This document shows, piece by piece, positions 1-8,513 of a stretch of DNA of 32,000 nt. The translations under genes were made by a program, and so were the position numbers. Position 1 is the stretch's first letter; every line of letters starts with the position of its first letter. The stretch lies in contig NZ_CP011304.1 in the NCBI RefSeq assembly GCF_000981785.2, forward strand, positions 2,490,001 through 2,522,000, given 5' to 3'. The notes beneath the pieces are model-generated. The model did no database searches. It saw nothing but the letters and a program-made list of their open reading frames with translations, and had not been told where the DNA came from. The stretch is from Microcystis aeruginosa NIES-2549 (GTDB taxonomy: Bacteria; Cyanobacteriota; Cyanobacteriia; Cyanobacteriales; Microcystaceae).

Positions 1-989
1 TTGAAGGGGAAGCGCGGGCGAATATGGCCAGAGAAGTCGCTAAAAGTGCCGATTTGATTTTATTTATCGTTGCGGGGGATATTACCCGCACTGAATACGA
101 GGCCTTAGGAGAATTGCGCCAGGCGAAAAAACCGATCATTTTGGTGTTTAATAAGATTGACCTCTATCCGGAGGCTGATCGCCGCCAGATTTTTCAGCAG
201 TTACAGAGATTAGGAACCAATCGGAACGAAAAAACGTTAGAAGATTTGTTAACTAGCGATGAGATAGTTATGGTAGCCGCCGAACCGCAACCGATTCCCG
301 TCCGGGTGGAATACCCCGATGGGCGCGTGGTGACTGAGTGGGAAACCCCTCCCCCCCAAATTGAGGAGCTGCAAGATAAACTCTTAACGATTTTAAATCG
401 GGAAGGGCGATCACTGCTGGCCCTCAATGCTTTAGTGCAAGGGCAAGAAGCGGAGGAAAATATCGCTAGAAAAACCCTAGAACTGCGGGACAGTCAAGCG
501 GAGGAAATTATCTGGCAATACGCGAAATATAAGGCTTTAGCGATTGCGGCTAATCCGATCGCTATTTTAGACCTCCTAGGGGCTTCAATCGTCGATTTGA
601 CTCTAGTTCGGGCTTTGGCTCGTTTGTACGGCTTGCCGATTACCAGTCACCAAGCTGGTCAACTCTGGCGGACTCTACTTTTGAGTAGTGCGGGGTTGCT
701 GGTGGGGGAAATCCTCGGCACTGTGATTATCGGTTTGGGCAAAACGGCAGCGGCAGCGACGAGTATTTTTGAAAATCCCACCTCTTTAACCCTCTACGGT
801 AGCACCGCTCTCCTACAGGGAGCAATTGCCGCTTATGGAACTTATATCATCGGGAAAGCCGCCAAAATCTATCTAGAACGCGGTTGTAGTTGGGGGGCAT
901 CCGGACCGAGTACGGTGATTAATCAAATTCTTGCTCAAGTTCATCCGCAAACTATTTTATCTCGTTTACGTCTAGAACTAGAACAGTGA
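1..989 (+). CDS. GTP-binding protein, C-terminal part (GTPase G4 region plus DUF697-like hydrophobic domain); the 5' end lies outside the window
   Basis: The frame is open from the window edge (codons from nt 3 read EGEARAN before the listed Met at 24). NKID G4 motif in VFNKIDLYP. The C-terminal half is Gly/Ala-rich and hydrophobic. Stop at 987-989. Confidence 0.7.
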   Translation, partial: EGEARANMAREVAKSADLILFIVAGDITRTEYEALGELRQAKKPIILVFNKIDLYPEADRRQIFQQLQRLGTNRNEKTLEDLLTSDEIVMVAAEPQPIPVRVEYPDGRVVTEWETPPPQIEELQDKLLTILNREGRSLLALNALVQGQEAEENIARKTLELRDSQAEEIIWQYAKYKALAIAANPIAILDLLGASIVDLTLVRALARLYGLPITSHQAGQLWRTLLLSSAGLLVGEILGTVIIGLGKTAAAATSIFENPTSLTLYGSTALLQGAIAAYGTYIIGKAAKIYLERGCSWGASGPSTVINQILAQVHPQTILSRLRLELEQ

Positions 990-1123
990 TTTTAAAGGAA
1001 AAAGGAAAAAAGGGAACAGTTATCAATTAAATATTTACTCCATTTACTCCTGATGACCGACTCCTGATTTTAGAAACTTAATTTTTGACAACGACAACTA
1101 GCTAGAAATATTGAGAGAAAATC

Positions 1124-1681
1124 ATGTCTGCTGCCCATAAGTCCTATATTCCCGTTCCCGTTCCTCGCCAAAAAAGCCACCCGAGTCAACACCGTCCCCA
1201 GTCGCGGGTAACTTCCCCCAACCCCACTACTAAACCAGTTGCTCAATACTCCCCGACTCCCACCGTCAAACCAGCGACTAAATCGGTGGCGAGAGTTCCC
1301 GTTGCCCCGACACAAAAACAATTAGCCTCGCGTCAATTACGTTCTCTTTGCCTCCTAGAAAGAATAGTGGCCGTGATTACTTTTTGTCTGTTGGGTTCGA
1401 CTCTGGGAATATATGCTTGGACGGTATATATTCCCAAGGTTTGGGACAAAGAATTTGGTAAACTGGAAACGCTGCAACGTCACGAGCGCCATCTTTTGGC
1501 CACCAATGAAACCCTTAAACATCAACTAGCTCAACAAGCAGAAAAACCCGAAACCGGATTGACTCATCCCCAACCCTTCCAAACTATCTTTTTACAGCGT
1601 AAATCTGCCCCGAACCTGAAACCTTCCCCCGCTTCTCCACCCCAATCTACCGTCAATTCTCGACCCAGAAGTGCCTATTAA
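1124..1681 (+). CDS. Bitopic membrane protein with FtsL-like architecture (Pro-rich N-terminus, one TM helix, short coiled coil), directly upstream of ftsI
   Basis: ATG at 1124. TM segment IVAVITFCLLGSTLGIYAWTVYI is followed by the heptad-like stretch EFGKLETLQRHERHLLATNETLKHQLAQQ. Its position upstream of the FtsI-type PBP mirrors ftsL-ftsI synteny. Confidence 0.55.
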   Translation: MSAAHKSYIPVPVPRQKSHPSQHRPQSRVTSPNPTTKPVAQYSPTPTVKPATKSVARVPVAPTQKQLASRQLRSLCLLERIVAVITFCLLGSTLGIYAWTVYIPKVWDKEFGKLETLQRHERHLLATNETLKHQLAQQAEKPETGLTHPQPFQTIFLQRKSAPNLKPSPASPPQSTVNSRPRSAY

Positions 1682-1736
1682 CAGTTAACAGTTATCAGTT
1701 ATCAGTTATCAGTGGGTAAGTTAACAGTTATCAGAT
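1680..1736. repeat. STRR heptanucleotide array, CAGTTAT/CAGTTAA family
   Basis: Tandem units aacagtt aacagtt atcagtt atcagtt atcagtg ... aacagtt atcagat, starting at the stop codon of the upstream ORF. Confidence 0.9.
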
Positions 1737-1784
1737 GTGAGTTTTTAAGTGTGCAGTATTAAATAGAAGTTTCCTGCTGTCTTT

Positions 1785-1868
1785 TTACTGATTACTGTTT
1801 ACTGGTTACTGGTTACTGTTTACTGGTTACTGTTCACTGGTTACTGTTCACTGGTTACTGATTACTGA
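1785..1868. repeat. STRR heptanucleotide array, TTACTG[AGT] family, 12 units
   Basis: ttactga ttactgt ttactgg ttactgg ttactgt ttactgg ttactgt tcactgg ttactgt tcactgg ttactga ttactga. The array ends 19 nt before the ftsI ATG. Confidence 0.95.
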
Positions 1869-1887
1869 TAAATGAAAGATACTGCTC

Positions 1888-3741
1888 ATGACTGACACCA
1901 AAAGACCCGGATTTAGAGGTAAAAAAACTCGATCGCCCTCGGGCAGGATTCGGGACAGAAAGTCTTATTTAAACGACAAAAAACAGCAAAAACAGTTAAA
2001 AAGTTTGCCTTTGAGTAACGGGCGGTTGGTGGCGGTGTGGTTGATTTTAGTCATGGGTATTTTGGGTTTAGCTTGGCGATTGTACCAATTGCAAATAGTA
2101 CAAGCACAGGAATTGCAAAAAAGAGCCAGACAACAGCAAACTACAAGTATTAGACCCTATATTCCCCGACGTGCGATCGTCGATAGTAATGGTAATGTTT
2201 TGGCGACTGATCGCTTAATTTATACTCTTTATGTACACCCAAAACTGTTTGCTATTCCGCCCGAAGAAGTGGCTGATAAATTAGCTCCTTTATTAAATAT
2301 CCCTACTAATCAACTCATTCAAAAATTTAAAGAAAAAGAAACAGGAATTCGTTTAGCCAATCAATTAACTGAATCCGTGGCTAGGGGCTTAAAACAATTA
2401 TCTCTTGACGGGGTAGAATTAGAGGAAAAATACGCTCGTTATTATCCCCAAGACGATGTAGCAGCCGACGTGATTGGCTATGTAGATAAAGAACATCGTG
2501 GGCAGGCAGGATTAGAACGAGGTTCCAGTCAGTTATTAGAAAGAGATCCTTTTTCTGTCAATACAAGACGCATGGGAGACGGGCGAATTTTACCAGCTTT
2601 TGTTCCTGATGGTGTCTTTCAGTTTGATGAATTACAGTTAGAAGTAACCCTCGATTTAAAACTACAAAGAGCCGCCAGGACAGCCCTACGAGAACAGCTA
2701 AAAAAATTTAATGCTAAACGGGGGGCTGTCATCGTCATGGACTCCCTTGATGGTTCTCTTTTAGCCCTAGTTTGTGAGCCAACTTTTAACCCCAATGAAT
2801 ACTATAAAGCCAATGTGGCTCTATTTAAAAATTGGACCGTAGCCGATCAGTACGAACCGGGGTCAACTTTTAAACCAATTATTATCGCCCTGGCCATGGA
2901 AGCGGGGGCAATTCAAGCTAATACAGTAGTCAATGATCCGGGGGCAATTACTGTCGGCCCCTGGACGATTAAAAATGCCTCTAAACAGGGTTATGGGGCG
3001 CTAGATATGGCCAGAGTTCTGCAAACCTCTAGTAACGTGGCCATGGTGCAAATTGCCCAAAAAATGGGGCGAGTTGATTTCTATAAAAGTTTATTAGGAT
3101 TGGAAATAAATCAAAGGGTTGGCGTAGATTTACCCGGAGAAGTGGCAGGATATCTCAAACCCGAACAAGAATTTCTGGATAATGCCATTGAATCAGCCAC
3201 CGCTTCCTTTGGTCAAGGTTTATCCCTAACGCCTTTGAAATTAGTACAGATGCACGGTGCGCTGGCCAATGGTGGCACCCTGGTGACTCCCCATGTGATC
3301 AAAGGATTAGCCGACGACCGCGGCCGTTTGCACTGGCAGCCCGATTATCCCAGCAAAAAAGTCTTTTCTCCCACCGTGGCCCGGCAAGTGGTGGAAATGA
3401 TGGAAACCGTCGTCAGCAAGGGGACGGGGGTAGCAGCCCAAATCCCTGGTTATCGCATCGGAGGCAAAACGGGAACCGCACAAAAAGCCAGTCCGACGGG
3501 GGGTTATCTACCTAACGCCAAAATTACCAGTTTTGTCGCGATTTTACCGATCGAATCGCCCCGTTATGTGGTTTTGGTGGTGGTGGATGAACCCAAGGGG
3601 GCGAATACTTTTGGTTCCACCGTTGCCGCTCCCGTGGCAAAAACGGTGATGAATACGCTCATTTCCCTTAAAGGTATCCCCCCCACCTCTAAGGTTGTTC
3701 CGGCGGGTTCTGCGACCAATAAACCCCCGCGGCACGATTAA
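1888..3741 (+). CDS. ftsI: Penicillin-binding protein 2/FtsI-type peptidoglycan D,D-transpeptidase
   Basis: N-terminal TM anchor (LVAVWLILVMGILGLAW). Class B PBP motifs are present: STFK in PGSTFKP, SSN in TSSNVA, KTGT in GGKTGTAQ. Confidence 0.9.
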   Translation: MTDTKRPGFRGKKTRSPSGRIRDRKSYLNDKKQQKQLKSLPLSNGRLVAVWLILVMGILGLAWRLYQLQIVQAQELQKRARQQQTTSIRPYIPRRAIVDSNGNVLATDRLIYTLYVHPKLFAIPPEEVADKLAPLLNIPTNQLIQKFKEKETGIRLANQLTESVARGLKQLSLDGVELEEKYARYYPQDDVAADVIGYVDKEHRGQAGLERGSSQLLERDPFSVNTRRMGDGRILPAFVPDGVFQFDELQLEVTLDLKLQRAARTALREQLKKFNAKRGAVIVMDSLDGSLLALVCEPTFNPNEYYKANVALFKNWTVADQYEPGSTFKPIIIALAMEAGAIQANTVVNDPGAITVGPWTIKNASKQGYGALDMARVLQTSSNVAMVQIAQKMGRVDFYKSLLGLEINQRVGVDLPGEVAGYLKPEQEFLDNAIESATASFGQGLSLTPLKLVQMHGALANGGTLVTPHVIKGLADDRGRLHWQPDYPSKKVFSPTVARQVVEMMETVVSKGTGVAAQIPGYRIGGKTGTAQKASPTGGYLPNAKITSFVAILPIESPRYVVLVVVDEPKGANTFGSTVAAPVAKTVMNTLISLKGIPPTSKVVPAGSATNKPPRHD

Positions 3742-3887
3742 TTTAAGTGTTGAGGAGAAAAGCCGCTAAATTGTCTGGTAACTCCGATTCTACATGGGGC
3801 TTAATTATTTTGGGCCTTGCCGATTTCAGGGCCGATTGGGGAGTCGGTAGTCGGTCAAAGAGGCCCACTCTAACGCGGTAAACAGCC

Positions 3888-4343
3888 TCAACTCTGGCCA
3901 GTATTGGAGCGGGTGTAGGGGTTCCAAGTTCCTAACTCCCGGGAGGAACGACCACAGAGATAAGAGCGCTCTAAATCGCTCAATCCTTCCACCTGACTGA
4001 AATCGGCCCCTTCTAAATTCTGGATCTGTTCTAGAATTGCACCGGTTAAGTCCGCACCTCGCAGATCCGCAAACTGTAACTCGACCCCAACTAAACGAGC
4101 GTCACGCAAAAAAGCTCCAGTTAAGGACGCTCTTTGCAAGTTAGCTCCACTTAAGGCCGCAGCTGCCAGATTTGCACCGGTTAAGTCGGCCCCGCTTAAA
4201 TAAGCTCCCCGGAGATTAGCACCACTGAGGTCGGCAAATCTAAGATTAGCATTATTGAGATAAGCACCGGTTAAATTGGCTTTTGGTCCGATTGCTCCCG
4301 AATTTTTATAATCATAAGACCTCTTGCATAAATCCGAAAACAA
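3888..4343 (-). CDS. Pentapeptide-repeat protein; start codon uncertain (no in-frame ATG, the ORF opens with TTG)
   Basis: Continuous A(D/N)LxG-type pentapeptide repeats (ANLRFADLSGANLRGAYLSGADLTGANL...). The only Met in the ORF translation is the TTG-encoded first codon. Confidence 0.75.
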   Translation of the reverse strand: MFSDLCKRSYDYKNSGAIGPKANLTGAYLNNANLRFADLSGANLRGAYLSGADLTGANLAAAALSGANLQRASLTGAFLRDARLVGVELQFADLRGADLTGAILEQIQNLEGADFSQVEGLSDLERSYLCGRSSRELGTWNPYTRSNTGQS

Positions 4344-4488
4344 ACGATAGAAACAATAATGGGAGGGACTTTCAGTTAATTATTTATTAGTAGTTGATAA
4401 TCTTCAAAAATGTTGCTGTACAAGGATCGACTTAAGACTTTTGCAAGAGGTCTATTTCTTAAAACTGCCCGGTTGCTAAAATTGTAGG

Positions 4489-5715
4489 GTGAGCCTGATT
4501 AGTCGGGGAAAATTGACCAATATTCGTATGGGGAGTTACCAACTAATGCTTACTTCTCTTAATCGCATTTTCTCGCCTATAGTATCTGGCGTTTTGTATA
4601 CCATAATTATCTCTAGTTGTCAAGGTTCAAATGTATTAACTTCGGCGAATAATTCCCAGACAAATCAATGGCAAAAAGTGACCGTAATCGAGGGTTTAGA
4701 GCATCCCTGGTCGATGGTTTGGCTACCTAAGGGGGAAATCCTGATCACAGAGCGCCCCGGTCGTTTAAGGGTGGTTAGAGAGGGTAAACTAGAACCAAAA
4801 GCCATCGCTGGAGTTCCCGAAGTTTTTGCCGTCGGACAAGGAGGATTGCTCGATGTGGCAATTCATCCCCAATTTACCCAAAATCGCTGGATTTATCTAA
4901 CTTATGCCCACGGAGACCAGGAGGCTAATCGTACCCGCGTCGCTCGTGCGGTTTATGATGGTGCAAGTTTGCGAGATGTGCGGGTTATTTTTGAAGTTTC
5001 CCAGGCAAAAACTGGCTCTCAACACTTCGGTTCGCGGTTATTATGGCTACCAGATGGCACTTTATTGGTAGCGATTGGGGACGGGGGTAATCCTCCCCTA
5101 CAATTAGCGGGAGATTTAATTAGAAAACAGGCCCAAAATCGGCAAAGTCATTTAGGTAAAATTATCCGCATCAATGACGATGGTTCTATACCGAAAGATA
5201 ATCCTTTTGCGGGTTCTAAAATTTGGAGTTATGGCCATCGGAATATTCAAGGAATCAGCTTCGATCCGATGACTAAACGAGTCTGGGCAACCGAACACGG
5301 AGCGAAAGGAGGGGATGAATTAAATTTAATTGAAAAGGGCAAAAATTACGGTTGGCCATTGGTTTCTGCCAGTCAAGAGTACGGCACTAATACCCCAGTT
5401 TCCAGCGAAGAATCGCGCCCCGGTCTGATTGATCCGAAAACAATTTGGACACCTGCGATCGCTCCTTCAGGATTGGTCTTTTATACCGGTAATCGCTTTC
5501 CTGATTGGCAGGGAAATTTATTCGCTGGTGGTTTAGTTTCCAGGGATATTCGTCGTCTGTCAGTGGATAAATCGGGTGAAATTATCAATCAAGAAGCGAT
5601 TCCCATCGGTCAGAGGGTGCGGGATGTGCGTCAAAGTCCCGATGGATTTTTATACCTGCTCACCGATGAAGGTAACGGTCAATTAATTCGCCTTGAACCA
5701 CCATCTAATTTGTAA
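4489..5715 (+). CDS. PQQ-dependent soluble sugar (glucose/sorbosone) dehydrogenase family, probable lipoprotein
   Basis: Beta-propeller family signatures (GLEHPWSMVWLP, YGHRNIQGISFDP, GWP). Lipobox-like IISSC near the N-terminus. The listed start is GTG at 4489; ATG at 4528 is an alternative. Confidence 0.8.
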   Translation: MSLISRGKLTNIRMGSYQLMLTSLNRIFSPIVSGVLYTIIISSCQGSNVLTSANNSQTNQWQKVTVIEGLEHPWSMVWLPKGEILITERPGRLRVVREGKLEPKAIAGVPEVFAVGQGGLLDVAIHPQFTQNRWIYLTYAHGDQEANRTRVARAVYDGASLRDVRVIFEVSQAKTGSQHFGSRLLWLPDGTLLVAIGDGGNPPLQLAGDLIRKQAQNRQSHLGKIIRINDDGSIPKDNPFAGSKIWSYGHRNIQGISFDPMTKRVWATEHGAKGGDELNLIEKGKNYGWPLVSASQEYGTNTPVSSEESRPGLIDPKTIWTPAIAPSGLVFYTGNRFPDWQGNLFAGGLVSRDIRRLSVDKSGEIINQEAIPIGQRVRDVRQSPDGFLYLLTDEGNGQLIRLEPPSNL

Positions 5716-5803
5716 AAGTTCACAGAAATTATTATGGAAACCTTGAAGATTTTTTAGCGACTTCTAGTATAGTTATGTTTGTACGGGAGCAAGCACTCGA
5801 TTT

Positions 5804-6703
5804 ATGAAGAAAATTTTACAGTTAGTGGGACTAGGTTGTATATTACCTATGTTCCTCGCTAGTGCAAGTTTAGCGGAAACAGTGGTGGAAAAAGTGGCTC
5901 GCACGGGGTTTTTGACCGTAGGAACCCGTTTTGATGCGATTCCCTACTCCTACGTCAATGAGAAGGGGGAATTAGTCGGCTATTCTATGGATGTGTTGGA
6001 ACGAATTAGAAAACGATTGCAAACTCGTCTCGGTCGTCCCGTCACCCTGCAAATGATTGAAGCTAACCAACCCGGAGAGAAAATTAATCTCATTCGTAGC
6101 GGGGAAATCGATATCGCTTGTAGTACGGCTTTTACTTGGGAAAGGGCGAAAGTTGTCGATTTTTCCATCAGTTACAGCATTTCTGGGATTAGGATTTTAG
6201 CCAAAAAAGGTAGCAATCTCTCCACTCCTCAATCCCTAATCGGTAAACGCATCGCCTTGGTTCCCACTTCTGCGGCCGTGGATGTGATTAAATTAGTACA
6301 ACCGCAAGCGACAATTGTTACCACCTACAGCACCGTAGAAGAAGCCCTCGAAGCTTTAAAAACCGGTAAAATTGACGCCATAGCGGGGGATAGCATCTCT
6401 TTAGCGGGAACAATCCTCAGAGATAACCCTAAAATCTACGAAATCGTCCCCGAAGAAGCTTTAGCTAATTTTGGCATCGCTTGCATGGTTCCCGAAAATA
6501 ACTCTACTTTTTTGGATGATGTCAACTATGCCATTGTTAAAATGATGCAGGATTACATCACCAATGATACGGCCACCGTTAGTCAAATCGATCGCTGGTT
6601 CGGTAGTCAAGGCATGGTTCCCATCCCCCCAGAATTATTAAAGGGGTTTTTTGCCTTCAAAGTTATCGAACACGCCCAAATTAATCCCCAAGAAGCCAAA
6701 TAG
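5804..6703 (+). CDS. ABC-transporter periplasmic substrate-binding protein, family 3 (polar amino acid type)
   Basis: Signal peptide (MKKILQLVGLGCILPMFLASASLA). SBP_bac_3-like layout (LTVGTRFDAIPYSY..., DIACSTAFTWERA, DAIAGDS). Confidence 0.8.
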   Translation: MKKILQLVGLGCILPMFLASASLAETVVEKVARTGFLTVGTRFDAIPYSYVNEKGELVGYSMDVLERIRKRLQTRLGRPVTLQMIEANQPGEKINLIRSGEIDIACSTAFTWERAKVVDFSISYSISGIRILAKKGSNLSTPQSLIGKRIALVPTSAAVDVIKLVQPQATIVTTYSTVEEALEALKTGKIDAIAGDSISLAGTILRDNPKIYEIVPEEALANFGIACMVPENNSTFLDDVNYAIVKMMQDYITNDTATVSQIDRWFGSQGMVPIPPELLKGFFAFKVIEHAQINPQEAK

Positions 6704-6717
6704 GAGCAGAAATTCAG

Positions 6718-7092
6718 GTGAATATCAGCAATAAAACCGGTTTAGTCGGCTTTCTTCTCGCTTTATCTGCTTTCGGTCTGACTAGCACCGCTCAGGCCGC
6801 CTCAGACGAGGGTAATCCCATTGAAGCGCGTTTAAGTCGTCTATCTAGCGCTGTACGCGAACGAGTTAACCAACTGCCAGAAGGTACTGCCGATCCTAGT
6901 TTACAAGCTTTAGGCTGGGGAGATGGTGGCAATCGCGGTTGGGGGAATAGTCGTGTCGGTGGTTGGGTAGATGGTCGCGGTGGTAGTTTTGTTAATGGGC
7001 GGCCCTGGCGCAATGGTTGGTCTGACGGTGGTGGTTTCTTTAATTCCCGACCGCGCTGGGGTAATGGTGGCGGTTTCTTAAATCGTTGGTAA
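6718..7092 (+). CDS. Secreted Gly-rich repeat protein resembling the cyanobacterial rSAM-associated Gly-rich repeat (GrrA-type, cyclophane RiPP precursor) family
   Basis: GTG start with AGGAG 12 nt upstream, 14 nt after the SBP stop. Sec-type signal peptide ending AQA. The C-terminal 60 aa contain nine aromatic-x-N/D triplets (WGD WGN WVD FVN WRN WSD FFN WGN FLN) in a Gly/Arg matrix. Confidence 0.6.
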   Translation: MNISNKTGLVGFLLALSAFGLTSTAQAASDEGNPIEARLSRLSSAVRERVNQLPEGTADPSLQALGWGDGGNRGWGNSRVGGWVDGRGGSFVNGRPWRNGWSDGGGFFNSRPRWGNGGGFLNRW

Positions 7093-7151
7093 GTAAGGTT
7101 GGGTGAGGCGATAACTTTATCCTCGTCCCCACCCTGGTTTGACGATGAAAT

Positions 7152-8252
7152 CTAGGGTTTATAACTGGGAAAATCGATATAACCTTCCTTGTCAAAAGAA
7201 TACCAATCCTTCATCTCAGCATCGGGATTAAGGGGCCAATTATTGGCGAATCTTTCCACCAAATCGGGATTACTGATATAGGGGCGACCGAAAGCAATTA
7301 AATCTGCATCTCCTAACTGAATAGCGGCCTCAGCAGTTTCTTTTGTATAACCACAATTGCCGATTAAAGCACTATTAAAAACAGCCCGAAACTCAGATAA
7401 AAGCATCGGTTGACCCTTTTCATGAAACCCAAAAGCCAAGCCATCTAGCAGATGCAAATAAGCTAAATTGTACTCATTTAATCTTTGGGCAACATAGAGA
7501 AAAGTTTCTCGAAAATCCTCGGAACCCATGTCATTATAAACGCCATTGGGAGACAGACGCACCCCCACCCGATGACTGGGAAAAACAGTTAAAATTGCCT
7601 CGACTACTTCCTGTAAAAAACGATAGCGATTTTCCAAACTGCCACCGTACTTATCCTGACGCTGATTAGTGGCCGATTGTAGAAAAGTATCGATTAAATA
7701 ACCATTAGCCCCGTGAATTTCTATGCCATCAAACCCCGCTAATTTTGCCCTCTGAGCGGCTTGGCGGTAATCGGCGACAATTGCGGGGATTTCCTCGGTT
7801 TCTAAGGCTCTAGGGGTCTCGTAGGGCTGTTTGCCTATGGGTGTATGCAACTCCCCCTTAATCTTAATTGCGGAAGGGGCAACCGGTAAAGCCCCATTTT
7901 CCTGAAAACTCGGATGAGAAGCGCGACCACAGTGCCACAATTGACAAAACATTGGTGTTCCTTTTCTTTGGGCGATTTTTGTCACCATTTGCCATGCTTG
8001 CACTTGTTCATCGGTGTAGATACCGGGGGTATTTTGCCAACCGTTAGCTTGGGGAGAAATTACCGTCGCTTCTGTAATCATTAATCCCGCACTGGCCCTT
8101 TGCCGGTAATACTCGGCCATTATCTCATTGGCCAGACGTTTTTCTCCGGCTCGCGCTCGCGTCATGGGAGCAAGCACAAGACGATTTTCTAAGTTTAAAT
8201 CTCCCAATTTAAATTGACTTAAAAGAGTCAGGGAAGTAGTGAAGGCAGTCAT
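7152..8252 (-). CDS. Old Yellow Enzyme family NADH:flavin oxidoreductase / alkene reductase (NemA-like)
   Basis: OYE signatures are present: LAPMTRARA, QLWHCGR, GFDGIEIHGANGYLIDTFL, AFGRPYISNPDL. The likely start is ATG at 8252 (MTAFTT...); the listed ORF extends to 8327. Confidence 0.9.
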   Translation of the reverse strand: MTAFTTSLTLLSQFKLGDLNLENRLVLAPMTRARAGEKRLANEIMAEYYRQRASAGLMITEATVISPQANGWQNTPGIYTDEQVQAWQMVTKIAQRKGTPMFCQLWHCGRASHPSFQENGALPVAPSAIKIKGELHTPIGKQPYETPRALETEEIPAIVADYRQAAQRAKLAGFDGIEIHGANGYLIDTFLQSATNQRQDKYGGSLENRYRFLQEVVEAILTVFPSHRVGVRLSPNGVYNDMGSEDFRETFLYVAQRLNEYNLAYLHLLDGLAFGFHEKGQPMLLSEFRAVFNSALIGNCGYTKETAEAAIQLGDADLIAFGRPYISNPDLVERFANNWPLNPDAEMKDWYSFDKEGYIDFPSYKP

Positions 8253-8395
8253 CGAATTTGCCGATAGAGAATTTAGGTTAATTTTACCGCAATTATTTAA
8301 AACCAGACAATCGCACCTAAGTATCATTGACTGTCTCTCTGCGAGATTGTCCCTCTCCTAAGCTAGGATAATTAATCGGATTAACTAGCTGAATA

Positions 8396-8513
8396 TATAG
8401 CGTTTCCTAAGCTAGTGAGGTACACCTGTTTTTCTTCCCCTTTGCCTTTTGCCTCTTGCATGAGTGCCTAAAACCCATAACTTTTGTACCTCAGCAGACT
8501 GAAAAACGCTATA
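8396..8513. repeat. 118-bp element bounded by imperfect nested inverted repeats (MITE-like or structured RNA)
   Basis: Left arm TATAGCGTTT...TGAGGTACA (8396-8424). Right arm TGTACCTCA...AAACGCTATA (8485-8513). It lies in a 680-bp region with no ORF of 60 aa or more. Confidence 0.35.

Noticed and set aside
194-427. 77-aa minus-strand ORF. Similar antisense ORFs occur at 1070-1321, 3544-3735, 5980-6168, 6792-7013, 12440-12667, 16771-16971, 17168-17356, 21589-21804, 22873-23142, 26406-26657, 27388-27582, 28613-28861 and 31123-31476.
   Set aside because: All are embedded antisense or out of frame within longer genes that have clear family signatures.
1393-1403. tRNA T-loop-like GGGTTCGACTC
   Set aside because: It lies inside the FtsL-like coding frame, and no acceptor or anticodon arm pairing is evident around it.
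1680-1868. Possible CRISPR array
   Set aside because: The period is 7 nt with no unique spacers, which makes these STRR microsatellite-like arrays. The same applies to 24552-24593 and 28231-28509. The 99-bp repeats at 18338-18740 are coding GvpC repeats.
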